Shown piece after piece: positions 1 to 8,085 of a stretch of DNA of 64,000 nt. Origin of the DNA: a virus (lineage: Duplodnaviria; Caudoviricetes); IMG/VR virus record IMGVR_UViG_3300033066_001283, positions 1-64,000 of that record. The stretch is one strand, 5' to 3'. The position numbers were made by a program, and so were the translations under genes. The notes under the pieces were generated by a model. It was not told where the DNA came from. It was given only the letters and a program-made list of their open reading frames with translations, and searched no databases. The first letter of the stretch is position 1. Each line of letters begins with the position of its first letter.

Positions 1-108
1 GAGAGACTTACATATGAGAAGTTTCTAGATTTAAGTGATCAGGGTAAGAACTTTGAGGTAGGACAAGCAGAACAAGAGTGCTTGAATGGTGCCTGTCCTG
101 TGCGCTAG
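1..108 (+). CDS. nrdJ: C-terminal fragment of a class II (AdoCbl-dependent, monomeric RTPR-type) ribonucleotide reductase; partial, starts before the window
   Basis: Frame 1 reads ERLTYEKFLDLSDQGKNFEVGQAEQECLNGACPVR*. The terminal CxxGACP(V/I)(R/K) redox tail is typical of monomeric class II RNRs. Not in the supplied ORF track. Confidence 0.75.
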   Translation, partial: ERLTYEKFLDLSDQGKNFEVGQAEQECLNGACPVR

Positions 109-110
109 CC

Positions 111-362
111 ATGAAAGAGTATGAAGTTCAAGAAGCTTATGAGTTGTGTGAGGTCCCTATTGCTTATGCAGAGGGACCTACCTCTTTTTCCTATATCAAA
201 TTAGGAAAGAGAAAGAGAGATGAACCAATCATAGTAAAGTTTAAGAATAAGTTATTGCAGTTAAAGACTGGTAAAGCTTATAAGTTAACTTACGTAGAAG
301 AAATGATTGGAATTGAAGAGATCGGAGATAGCTCATTGGAGTCGTTTACTGATCTTGGTTAA
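111..362 (+). CDS. hypothetical protein (start moved to ATG 111)
   Basis: ATG 2 nt after the RNR stop; the upstream GTG start would overlap the RNR tail. Confidence 0.6.
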   Translation: MKEYEVQEAYELCEVPIAYAEGPTSFSYIKLGKRKRDEPIIVKFKNKLLQLKTGKAYKLTYVEEMIGIEEIGDSSLESFTDLG

Positions 363-394
363 ATGGTGAATAAAAAGGAGCAATAATAAATAAC

Positions 395-679
395 ATGTGG
401 GTAGAAGTAGATTACTACTGCACGCATATTGATAAAGGAAGACTACTACTTAAAATAAACATCCCTTACGATAACGACGATATCAATAGCATAGTACAAG
501 CAGCAAAAGAGACGGCGCAAAACCATATTCCAGAAGTGGTTACAAATCCTAATATAATGTATTGGGAAAAATCTGGAGCTAATTTCGTATTGAAAGGGCT
601 TTATCCTGATAATGGGAATGATGAGCCTGAGTTTGGTTACCCTACTCCTATTGAGGAGGAAAATGGGATTAACAACTGA
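395..679 (+). CDS. hypothetical protein
   Basis: ORF with upstream AAGGAG. Confidence 0.6.
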   Translation: MWVEVDYYCTHIDKGRLLLKINIPYDNDDINSIVQAAKETAQNHIPEVVTNPNIMYWEKSGANFVLKGLYPDNGNDEPEFGYPTPIEEENGINN

Positions 680-2162
680 ACAAGAAAGAGTAGTATATTG
701 TGATAATAAACTTATAGTCTGTTCAGCTTGTCCAGGATCTGGAAAGACTTATACAATTGTAGAAAGGGCATTAAGACTCTATGAAGAGTTTAGAGAGCCA
801 ATATTAATCTGTACCTTCTCTAAGAAAGCTACTGAAGATATTGAAAGGAAGATTGGTGATAGTTATACCGATCTTATTGAGATTAAGACAATACACAGTC
901 TATGCTATTCTATAGTTAGAGAAAACTGGAATAAATTAGGAAGCTTAATAGGCGGGCGGGGATGGCCTCGTGAGCCTATTTTAGTTTCAAGAGATCAGGA
1001 ATTAAGCTTGGTCGGTGAAGTACTGGTAGCTAAAGGAGGTATGAAGAATTTCGAGACTATTGAAAAGCTTCGTACTTACCCTGTTTCTGCTGATACATTG
1101 ATGAGGTGTGCTAATCGTGGGTTGTACTTTGGTGCATCTTCTAAAAGAGAAGCAGAGATATTTTATACTTATGAAAGAGAAAGACTGAAGAGAGGCTTAA
1201 TCAATTTCAATGATATGATTGATTTGGCCAATGAAGTAGTTGTTCTTCCTGAAGTAAGTTTAAAGCTTAGTAATAAGTGGAGACATATTCTTATTGATGA
1301 AGCACAAGATACTTCTGATACACAGTGGGCAATATTAAAACCTATTGTATTCTCTGCTGATAGTACATTAGCAGTGGGGGATATGAATCAAAGCTTGTAT
1401 GGCTTTAGAAGAGCTAATGGAGTAGTTTTAGAGAATCTACTTCAAAGTAATGATACAGTGGTATTTAGTTTAACACAATCATTCAGATCATCTTCATCTA
1501 TTGCAGATATAGCTAATAACATAGTTTCTGATAAGAGTTCTCAGATAAAAACGTATCGTGGAGCTGGAGAGATAAAGGTTAAGAGCTTTGAATCTAGAGA
1601 AGAGGAAGTAAATTGGTGTATTAAGAAAAAGAAATGTACAATCTTAGCTAGAACAAATTCCTATTTGGAGCAGTTTGAGAGAGAATGTATTAGACAGGGT
1701 ATTCCATATTCTGGTCCTGGGTTTTATAAAGCTCATCATATTAAAGAATTAGCAGAAACATTAAAGAAGTATGAAGCTAATGATGCTATGGATCTAATTA
1801 GGAAAGCTTATTTAGAGAACATACTTTATTCTCCTATTGAGAAAGAGGACTTTAAACTAGTTATTAAGATTGTAACTGAACATGGAATTGATTATTTCTT
1901 AGAACTAGTTAATAAGTCTCAGTTCATATCTAATGATGGTATACTTCTAATGACAGGGCATGCAGCTAAAGGATTAGAATGGAAAGATGTAATTGTAGTT
2001 GGGGCACAGCAAGGGCATATTCCACATAGGCTTTCTCATGATGAAAAAGAAGAGAGAAACATTATGTATGTTATGTGTACACGAGCTAAAGACTCACTAT
2101 CAATAACCTATTCAGGAACGCCTTCTAAGTTTATTCCTGAGGAGTATTTAGAGACAGTATAA
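663..2162 (+). CDS. uvrD: UvrD/PcrA/Rep-family SF1 DNA helicase, compact
   Basis: LTTEQ Q-motif, ACPGSGKT Walker A, TFSKKA, TIHSLC, IDEAQDTS, VGDMNQSLYGFRRA, SFRS, ILARTN, TGHAAKGLEW, EERNIMYVMCTRAK; GAGGAGG upstream of ATG 663. Confidence 0.92.
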   Translation: MGLTTEQERVVYCDNKLIVCSACPGSGKTYTIVERALRLYEEFREPILICTFSKKATEDIERKIGDSYTDLIEIKTIHSLCYSIVRENWNKLGSLIGGRGWPREPILVSRDQELSLVGEVLVAKGGMKNFETIEKLRTYPVSADTLMRCANRGLYFGASSKREAEIFYTYERERLKRGLINFNDMIDLANEVVVLPEVSLKLSNKWRHILIDEAQDTSDTQWAILKPIVFSADSTLAVGDMNQSLYGFRRANGVVLENLLQSNDTVVFSLTQSFRSSSSIADIANNIVSDKSSQIKTYRGAGEIKVKSFESREEEVNWCIKKKKCTILARTNSYLEQFERECIRQGIPYSGPGFYKAHHIKELAETLKKYEANDAMDLIRKAYLENILYSPIEKEDFKLVIKIVTEHGIDYFLELVNKSQFISNDGILLMTGHAAKGLEWKDVIVVGAQQGHIPHRLSHDEKEERNIMYVMCTRAKDSLSITYSGTPSKFIPEEYLETV

Positions 2163-2449
2163 TGAATAACATATGGCAAATTGAGGTACGCTCAGGTCTT
2201 GGTTTAAATTATATCTTTATCACTGGGTATCGTACTAAACTTATTCAGTTAGATTACTTTAACATGACTACTAGTTATTACCTAGATTTTAGACTACCAT
2301 TTTATGGTAATTTAACTTTTGAGCATGTTCTATCAAAAAATAATGTTCATAATAGTATTCCAGTAAATGTTACTACGTTAAATGACCAGTTTCCTAATTG
2401 GTGTAAAGCTTATATTAGAGAGATATTAGAAAGAGAGGAAGAATTGTGA
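2162..2449 (+). CDS. hypothetical protein
   Basis: ORF coupled to the helicase (TAATG overlap). Confidence 0.55.
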   Translation: MNNIWQIEVRSGLGLNYIFITGYRTKLIQLDYFNMTTSYYLDFRLPFYGNLTFEHVLSKNNVHNSIPVNVTTLNDQFPNWCKAYIREILEREEEL

Positions 2450-2718
2450 AATCAAAAATAAAATTAGTAAAATCTGGAACACATATACTTTATATGTACA
2501 AAGCTGCAGTTCTTGCTTCAATGAGTCGAAGCTTTAGTTACTATTGGACTGTGCAATATTTAGGGCATAAAAAGGGAGAAATTACTTACCAACTTTATAA
2601 GGGCAAGTATCCATTTAGGAATTATTATAAGTATGGAAGGTTTACTAAGAATATGCCAGAAGATGGTAAAGAGCTTCTAGAGAAGGTTAAAAGAGAGGTA
2701 GAGCAATTATGTGGTTAA
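2446..2718 (+). CDS. hypothetical basic protein
   Basis: GTGA overlap, GAGG SD. Confidence 0.55.
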   Translation: MKSKIKLVKSGTHILYMYKAAVLASMSRSFSYYWTVQYLGHKKGEITYQLYKGKYPFRNYYKYGRFTKNMPEDGKELLEKVKREVEQLCG

Positions 2719-3008
2719 GTATTCATAAGAATGGTATAATTTATCAAAAACGAAATAGTAGGTTACAAACCTTTTGGCTATATAAAAGTTATCTACAAAC
2801 TAATTTCTATTGTGCATTTAAACATCCATGGGAAAATCCTGTTACCTTTAGTTCAGTTATTAAAAAGAAGAAAGTTAGAAATAAGATTGTTGCTAGTGGA
2901 AGATGGGTTAATTATCTAGATGAAGATTTAGAACTTATTGAAAGACGTAAGAAAGAACTAACTAGTTTGTTTGAAACTAAGTATGATAAGATAAGGACAT
3001 TTGTGTAA
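2709..3008 (+). CDS. hypothetical basic protein
   Basis: overlapping ORF in a co-directional array. Confidence 0.55.
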   Translation: MWLSIHKNGIIYQKRNSRLQTFWLYKSYLQTNFYCAFKHPWENPVTFSSVIKKKKVRNKIVASGRWVNYLDEDLELIERRKKELTSLFETKYDKIRTFV

Positions 3009-3337
3009 TGGGATATAATACATTTTTTAATTTGGATTGGGAGCCAAGAAATCAGATTATTGATAAAGCTATAGGAGACTATATAGAAGCTAATCAGGAT
3101 GGGTTATATGGTATTGACAGAGATGGATACGGTATAGATTGGTATAAGTGGTATGAAGAATATAGAAATCCAGAAATGATAGCTTTATCTAATGCTTTTC
3201 CTCACATATTATTTACTTTATCAGGAGAAGGGGAAGAAAGGGATGATAACTGGAAAATGTATATAATGAATGGAAAGTATCTTATGTCATACGGAAGAAT
3301 AATTTATGATGAAGTTAATTTGGATGATTTAATCTAA
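3008..3337 (+). CDS. conserved hypothetical phage protein
   Basis: MGYxT...KWY...M..LS..FP..LF.LSGEGEE..D.W..Y..NG pattern, which I recall from large-phage hypotheticals. Confidence 0.6.
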   Translation: MGYNTFFNLDWEPRNQIIDKAIGDYIEANQDGLYGIDRDGYGIDWYKWYEEYRNPEMIALSNAFPHILFTLSGEGEERDDNWKMYIMNGKYLMSYGRIIYDEVNLDDLI

Positions 3338-3567
3338 TGAAAATAGAAATCTTAGGCTCGCATTTAAATGCCAGTGTGAAATCATATTATATTTATACTT
3401 TTAGTGAAAGCTTTGCCTTTTGGATAAACTACGGTTGTTGTACCTATTTTCATAACTTAGAGTTTGGGCAAGTAATAAAGAATGGCGTATACGTAAAATC
3501 AAAGTTAACTAATAGGGAGAAGGAACATTGGCGAAACAATCTATTAGACCTTTGCAATTTAAAATAG
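3337..3567 (+). CDS. hypothetical protein
   Basis: TAATG coupling. Confidence 0.5.
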   Translation: MKIEILGSHLNASVKSYYIYTFSESFAFWINYGCCTYFHNLEFGQVIKNGVYVKSKLTNREKEHWRNNLLDLCNLK

Positions 3568-3836
3568 TAAAAATAACCCCTATAACCTTTTATAATATCT
3601 ATCGTTTAGATGGCGAGAAAGAGAAAGCAGTATACACTATAACCTCTCATTTTAACAATATTTCAATTAAGTGGGGTCCAAGTGATGAGAAAATTTTGCT
3701 TAGATACAATTTATTTTTGTCAGAAATAAAAACTTTCCACGAAAATATTGCTTACAACCATAGTCCCGAAAGTGATCGTACTCTTATTAAAACTATTAAA
3801 AGTATGAAAAAGTATTATAAAGCTCTACTTTATTAA
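3528..3836 (+). CDS. hypothetical protein
   Basis: ORF filling the gap before rmlD; TTG start uncertain. Confidence 0.45.
   Translation: MAKQSIRPLQFKIVKITPITFYNIYRLDGEKEKAVYTITSHFNNISIKWGPSDEKILLRYNLFLSEIKTFHENIAYNHSPESDRTLIKTIKSMKKYYKALLY
3823..3830 (+). promoter_or_regulatory. CTCTAYTT motif upstream of rmlD (candidate phage promoter)
   Basis: CTCTACTT 8 nt before ATG 3839; no SD. Confidence 0.35.
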
Positions 3837-3838
3837 TA

Positions 3839-4603
3839 ATGAGAATATTACTCTTAGGCAATGGATTGCTAGGAAAAGAGATTGATAAGCTGGGAGTAGA
3901 TTTAATGATGAATCGCTCTCAGCTTAATATTTATGATCTTAATACTATACCTTTAAAAGAGTATGACATCTGTATCAACTGTATAGCTTATACTAATGTT
4001 GAAGGTTGTGAGGAAGAAACTGATGAAATGAAATATGTGAATCATGTTTTCCCAATGCTTCTTGCTTCCCAAAGTAAGTGTAAAATCATACACTTTAGTT
4101 CTGATTACGTATTTGATGGTATGAAGAGAACTAAGTATACTGAGGATGATAAAACTGGCCCATTGAATGCTTATGGTAAGTATAAGTTATTAGGCGAGCA
4201 GAAGGTTTTACAGAATAAGAATAATTTAGTTATTAGAACCTCATGGTTATTTGGTAAGACTGGATTCCCTACTACTATTTTTCAGAGACTTATTAATGGA
4301 ATTCCTGTTAACGTGGTTAGCACCCAAGTAGGAACTCCAACATACGCACCTTATCTTGCTGTAGAAGTGATGAATTGCCTAGACAGAAATGGCATTTTAC
4401 ATTTAGCAGGAAGTGAAGAACTTAGCTGGTATGAATTAGCTAAGTTAATAGGGAAGAAGATCAATAGAGAGTCTCTTGTTCATTCCCTAGATAGTATTAG
4501 TCAAAAAGCAGAAAGACCCAAGTATTCTTCACTTGGGTCTAATAAGTACTTCAGAACTATGCCTGATTTAAATTCTGCTTTTACTGATCTATTTGAGTTT
4601 TAA
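3839..4603 (+). CDS. rmlD: dTDP-4-dehydrorhamnose reductase-like extended SDR
   Basis: GxNGLLG, NCIAYTNVE, HFSSDYVFDG, PLNAYGKYKLLGE (YxxxK), RTSWLFG, QVGTPT, RPKYSSL. Confidence 0.92.
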   Translation: MRILLLGNGLLGKEIDKLGVDLMMNRSQLNIYDLNTIPLKEYDICINCIAYTNVEGCEEETDEMKYVNHVFPMLLASQSKCKIIHFSSDYVFDGMKRTKYTEDDKTGPLNAYGKYKLLGEQKVLQNKNNLVIRTSWLFGKTGFPTTIFQRLINGIPVNVVSTQVGTPTYAPYLAVEVMNCLDRNGILHLAGSEELSWYELAKLIGKKINRESLVHSLDSISQKAERPKYSSLGSNKYFRTMPDLNSAFTDLFEF

Positions 4604-4905
4604 ACTACTGGAACGAAGTCCAACTCGAAGGTTGTTGCTTCACCAGGAACTAACTCAAGATCTACTGATGCTACATGTTCCACACCATGAAGTGTTACCT
4701 TACCAGTAATAGTTCCAGTTGCTCCTGCTGCACCAGGGTTAAATACCCAGTTTGTACCGTCATTGGTTAATGTACCAAAATCACCAACAGGGTTGGTAAT
4801 CTCAAGTGTTACATCAGTGTGGGGTAGAGGAACTGCATTGCCCTCTGAGTCCTTACCCTTTAGATCAATATCTACAAGTGTAGTTGCATCTAATTTCATT
4901 GCCAT
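4600..4905 (-). CDS. small beta-rich (Ig-like) protein, possibly virion-associated; probable start MAMKLD (ORF open to 5013)
   Basis: AAGGAG upstream of ATG 4905; T/V/G-rich beta-strand pattern. Confidence 0.5.
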   Translation of the reverse strand: MAMKLDATTLVDIDLKGKDSEGNAVPLPHTDVTLEITNPVGDFGTLTNDGTNWVFNPGAAGATGTITGKVTLHGVEHVASVDLELVPGEATTFELDFVPVV

Positions 4906-5021
4906 AATTAATGTTATCTCCTTTGGTCTTAATAGTGTTGCTAGCATTTTAGCTAATCCTACATTGAGTGACGAACTGAGAATGAGAAGAACTGTAGTAA
5001 GGTTCACTCTCACCTCCTACC

Positions 5022-5351
5022 TTATTTTAAGCTAAATGTGATATCAGAGACTGATACACCTCTAATAGAAAATCCTGGAGCTTTCAGAGATTTACCCTTA
5101 ACCACCTCAGTAAGTTTCTCAGAAAAAGTGTACAAAGGAAATCCTTGATAGACTGCTGAGAAATTCAATGTGCCATCTTTAACACCAACAACTAGATCCA
5201 TTGGACCGGGTATATCAATAGGCTTATTGAAGTTTAACTGAGCGTCTTTAACAGGTATATCCTGGCTAACTGTTCCAGATTCTTCTTTGATAGTAATGAA
5301 CCAAATCTTGATTCTTGGTGTTTTATAGTTAAAAGTTACGTTAACGTTCAT
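5022..5351 (-). CDS. hypothetical protein
   Basis: ORF with GAGGA SD. Confidence 0.55.
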   Translation of the reverse strand: MNVNVTFNYKTPRIKIWFITIKEESGTVSQDIPVKDAQLNFNKPIDIPGPMDLVVGVKDGTLNFSAVYQGFPLYTFSEKLTEVVKGKSLKAPGFSIRGVSVSDITFSLK

Positions 5352-5944
5352 AATTGTTCCTCATATTCGAAATACTCTCTTACCTTCTCCCTAAGTTCAT
5401 CCGTGACTTCAACTTTCTTCCCATCTAAGATATTGGACACCATAATCCATTCTTCTTCAGTGAGAGTATCCATGAAGATGTCGAAATTAATGGTTTCATT
5501 GTAATCAAATGTTATGCTAGAAGCGGTGTCCACATCGGCCCACGATATATGCTTTTCATCTTTAATTAACTTATAGATTAAGTCTTTAAAGCATACTACT
5601 ATAGTAGAGGCGAGATTAGTCTCACATCTTTCTATAGCTTCTAGAATAGCTAATTGACCAGTAATAAATAGCTCTTTTGCATCGTAATCTTTAAGATTAG
5701 CCTTCAGCATTTGTGCTACTGCTAGTAATGGTGTACTAGCTGATGAAAACATACGTAAGAATGTTTTCTGATAAGAAGAAAATGGATTGGGCCTCCCCGT
5801 TACACAAACGTTAACGAGGGAGGATGCCAATCTTTGAAATCTAAACAATAGCTCATCACGAGCGACAATATCCCCAGCCTTAGCGGCATCTACAAGACCT
5901 TGCACCTCAGAGGCAGCAAAATTAGGTCTTTTGGGATTTGCCAT
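5348..5944 (-). CDS. sigma-70-like RNA polymerase sigma factor (divergent)
   Basis: LVDAAKAGDIVARDELLFRFQRLASSL resembles sigma region 1.2/2.1; ELFITGQLAILEAIER resembles region 2.2; LTEEE start of region 4. Confidence 0.55.
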   Translation of the reverse strand: MANPKRPNFAASEVQGLVDAAKAGDIVARDELLFRFQRLASSLVNVCVTGRPNPFSSYQKTFLRMFSSASTPLLAVAQMLKANLKDYDAKELFITGQLAILEAIERCETNLASTIVVCFKDLIYKLIKDEKHISWADVDTASSITFDYNETINFDIFMDTLTEEEWIMVSNILDGKKVEVTDELREKVREYFEYEEQL

Positions 5945-6959
5945 TCTTCTTTATGTCCTTCTGAGACATTGCAAAATAATTCCCAGTAATCTTCATATTA
6001 TCTCCTAAGAGTCTTCTTTCTTCTGGCCTCAGAATACCGCCAGATAGAATTGTATCAACAGACTCAGCTATGAATGGATGTACACAAACAGTTGTGAAAT
6101 CCAATATCTCAATAACTACATCAAATGTAGAGTCTGTGGTTCTTTCTTGAATTGTCTTCTGTGTGCCTCGCTGAAGAGCCATTTCGTCAGAGAGGGTTAC
6201 AGTTGACACTCCACCAATTAAGGGGCTGAGAATAGGGTTTCTGACGATATCAGCTAGTGATCTGCCGTGGGCAGTAGCTATTAATCTTACACCTCTTTGT
6301 CCAATGGTTAATGCAGCATCAACTTCAGCCTTAGTTGAAATCTCGTCTACTATACATGTTTCCATAGTATGCGATTCTAACGCAGCTAACATTGTTCTGC
6401 TTTGATCTTGAAATGCTGGAACTCTAAATCGTCTAGCTAGGCCGATTGAATTATGTGGAATTGCTCCTTCTCCACCAATCTCTCCTGATTTATCTACCAC
6501 TATAACTCTTTTATAGTCTGATAGAAAATTAGCTATACTCCTAATTATACTAGTTTTACCAGCTCCTGGAGGGCCAACAAATAGTATTGATTTATTATCA
6601 TTTACTATGTCAGCTACTAATGAGATTGGTCCCATTACTTCTTTACCAATTCTCATAGTGTATCCAGCTACTTCATTTCTTTTACCAAATACTGCGGTAA
6701 TTCTATGAAGTGTTCCATCAATTCCCACACGGCCATCAGGGCCTAATTCTTCCAATCTTGATTCTATATCTGTTAGATGTTTTTGAGTAATAGTTAAATC
6801 TGTGAAAATAGATTTGAAATTATCAATGCGATATTCAAATAATCTTCCTAGGTCTAATACTAACTCGGTTAGTCTATCTACATGTTCAAGCTTAATAAAG
6901 CTTTTTACTTCGAAGGGTAGAATGTCCAGAAGTAGATCAATTTCTTGGCTTGGACTCAT
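5922..6959 (-). CDS. Ycf45/SpoIIIAA-family AAA+ ATPase (no C-terminal R3H seen)
   Basis: ELVLDLGR, RVGIDGTLHRI, GPPGAGKT, VIVVDKSGEIGGEG..PH, VDEIST, GQRGVRLIATAHG, NP.L..LIGG...VTLSD. Confidence 0.85.
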   Translation of the reverse strand: MSPSQEIDLLLDILPFEVKSFIKLEHVDRLTELVLDLGRLFEYRIDNFKSIFTDLTITQKHLTDIESRLEELGPDGRVGIDGTLHRITAVFGKRNEVAGYTMRIGKEVMGPISLVADIVNDNKSILFVGPPGAGKTSIIRSIANFLSDYKRVIVVDKSGEIGGEGAIPHNSIGLARRFRVPAFQDQSRTMLAALESHTMETCIVDEISTKAEVDAALTIGQRGVRLIATAHGRSLADIVRNPILSPLIGGVSTVTLSDEMALQRGTQKTIQERTTDSTFDVVIEILDFTTVCVHPFIAESVDTILSGGILRPEERRLLGDNMKITGNYFAMSQKDIKKNGKSQKT

Positions 6960-6989
6960 TATTGTTTGTTTTAACTCCTTAAATTAAAT

Positions 6990-7168
6990 GGGGACGAAAG
7001 ACTCTATAGGTATTGTAGCTAGTTCATAGAGATCACCTCTTTAAGAGAGCGTTTTGTGGGGTACGAACGAATTGATCGTTCGTTAGGTAAGGTATTTAAA
7101 TTACTCTTTAGACCCCACATCATGTATCAGAAGACAGGATACAACTCTAATAGAGGATTGCTCTATTT
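6990..7168. other. structured divergent intergenic region (multiple inverted repeats; ncRNA, cis-regulatory or origin candidate)
   Basis: TGTGGGGT(7055-7062)/ACCCCACA(7112-7119) enclosing ACGAACGA(7063-7070)/TCGTTCGT(7076-7083); CTCTAT(7002-7007)/ATAGAG(7026-7031); TGTATC(7123-7128)/GATACA(7138-7143). Confidence 0.5.
7161..7168 (+). promoter_or_regulatory. CTCTAYTT motif (candidate phage promoter)
   Basis: CTCTATTT 4 nt before ATG 7173. Confidence 0.4.
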
Positions 7169-7172
7169 CTAT

Positions 7173-7352
7173 ATGAGAAAACTGTCTATCATACTTGCTC
7201 TTGCTCTATTACTTCTAATGGCCTCTTGTTCTTCGTGTAAAGCTAACACTGAAAGAATAAAGATTAGGCATGCAGATCCAGCTCTAATTTTTAGGCTATT
7301 GAAAGGTATGAATCCTACACAGCCAGAATTTTCTACTCTTGTCCGTAAATAA
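7173..7352 (+). CDS. small exported protein or lipoprotein
   Basis: MRKLSIILALALLLLMASC signal peptide with a lipobox-like Cys; start moved from 7056. Confidence 0.6.
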   Translation: MRKLSIILALALLLLMASCSSCKANTERIKIRHADPALIFRLLKGMNPTQPEFSTLVRK

Positions 7353-7362
7353 GGAGTTTTTA

Positions 7363-8085
7363 ATGCACTCTCAAAATATTCAAATACAGAGATACTCTAA
7401 AAATCTCTCAGATTATACCCTCTATGCAGTTAGTGGAACACCTACTATAAATCTTAATGCTAGAGATTCATTAGGTACAATTCTTGCTTCCACTACTATA
7501 ACAGTAACTGGCACTACAGATGCATCTACCGGAGCAAGTACAAATTCTCTTACTAACTTATGGCTATTAGCTGCTGGAAGTTCTATTCCTGCCCCAACTG
7601 TTGCTGTAGAGGGTAGGATACTTACTGGTACTCCTTCTGTAGGATTCTGTGCTCCTGAGTATTTAAGAAATCAAACTGCAAGAGTAATTTGTTATGACTC
7701 AGTTATTTATTTTGGTCAAGAGCTTCCTGCTAATTTACTTTATGAACCAAATATTACTGCTGGAACATTAAACTATAGTGTTTATGCTGGATCTTCTTCC
7801 ACTTTACTATTAGAATTATACGATGAGAACAAAAGAATTTTGTGGGGAGGTTCCACTACAGTTACATCTACCGCTAGCAGCCTCTATTCTTTGGCTTTAC
7901 TAGCTGGAGTTAGCACTACAGTATGGAGACAATCCGCTATTGGATTAGTAAGAGTTTCTAGTGGAGGTCCTATATACGTTAATACTGGAGCTAATGAGGA
8001 TGGTTCCTTGTTTTTACCGGCTAGCGTATCCTCTGTTACCCAATGGACAACTACTGGAAGTCCATATCAAATTGGAGCATTTTAA
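7363..8085 (+). CDS. putative virion adaptor protein A1, paralog of 10157..10897
   Basis: AAGGAG SD; shares IQR.SKNL..YTLYAVSG.PTI, GTTDASTGAS.NSLTNLW, VGFCAPEYLR.QTARV.C and GGPIYVNTGA with A2. Confidence 0.7.
   Translation: MHSQNIQIQRYSKNLSDYTLYAVSGTPTINLNARDSLGTILASTTITVTGTTDASTGASTNSLTNLWLLAAGSSIPAPTVAVEGRILTGTPSVGFCAPEYLRNQTARVICYDSVIYFGQELPANLLYEPNITAGTLNYSVYAGSSSTLLLELYDENKRILWGGSTTVTSTASSLYSLALLAGVSTTVWRQSAIGLVRVSSGGPIYVNTGANEDGSLFLPASVSSVTQWTTTGSPYQIGAF

Noticed and set aside
78-110. Long starts in the ORF track (78, and likewise 612, 7339, 8043, 62919)
   Set aside because: They overlap upstream genes; downstream ATGs have SD sequences or stop/start coupling.
6990-7119. tmRNA, tRNA or hammerhead ribozyme
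   Set aside because: The GGGGACG start is tmRNA-like, but there is no GATTCGA, T-loop or CCA end, no cloverleaf and no CTGANGA core.
7056-7172. N-terminal extension of ORF 7056..7352
   Set aside because: It overlaps the stem-loop region; the signal peptide begins at ATG 7173.
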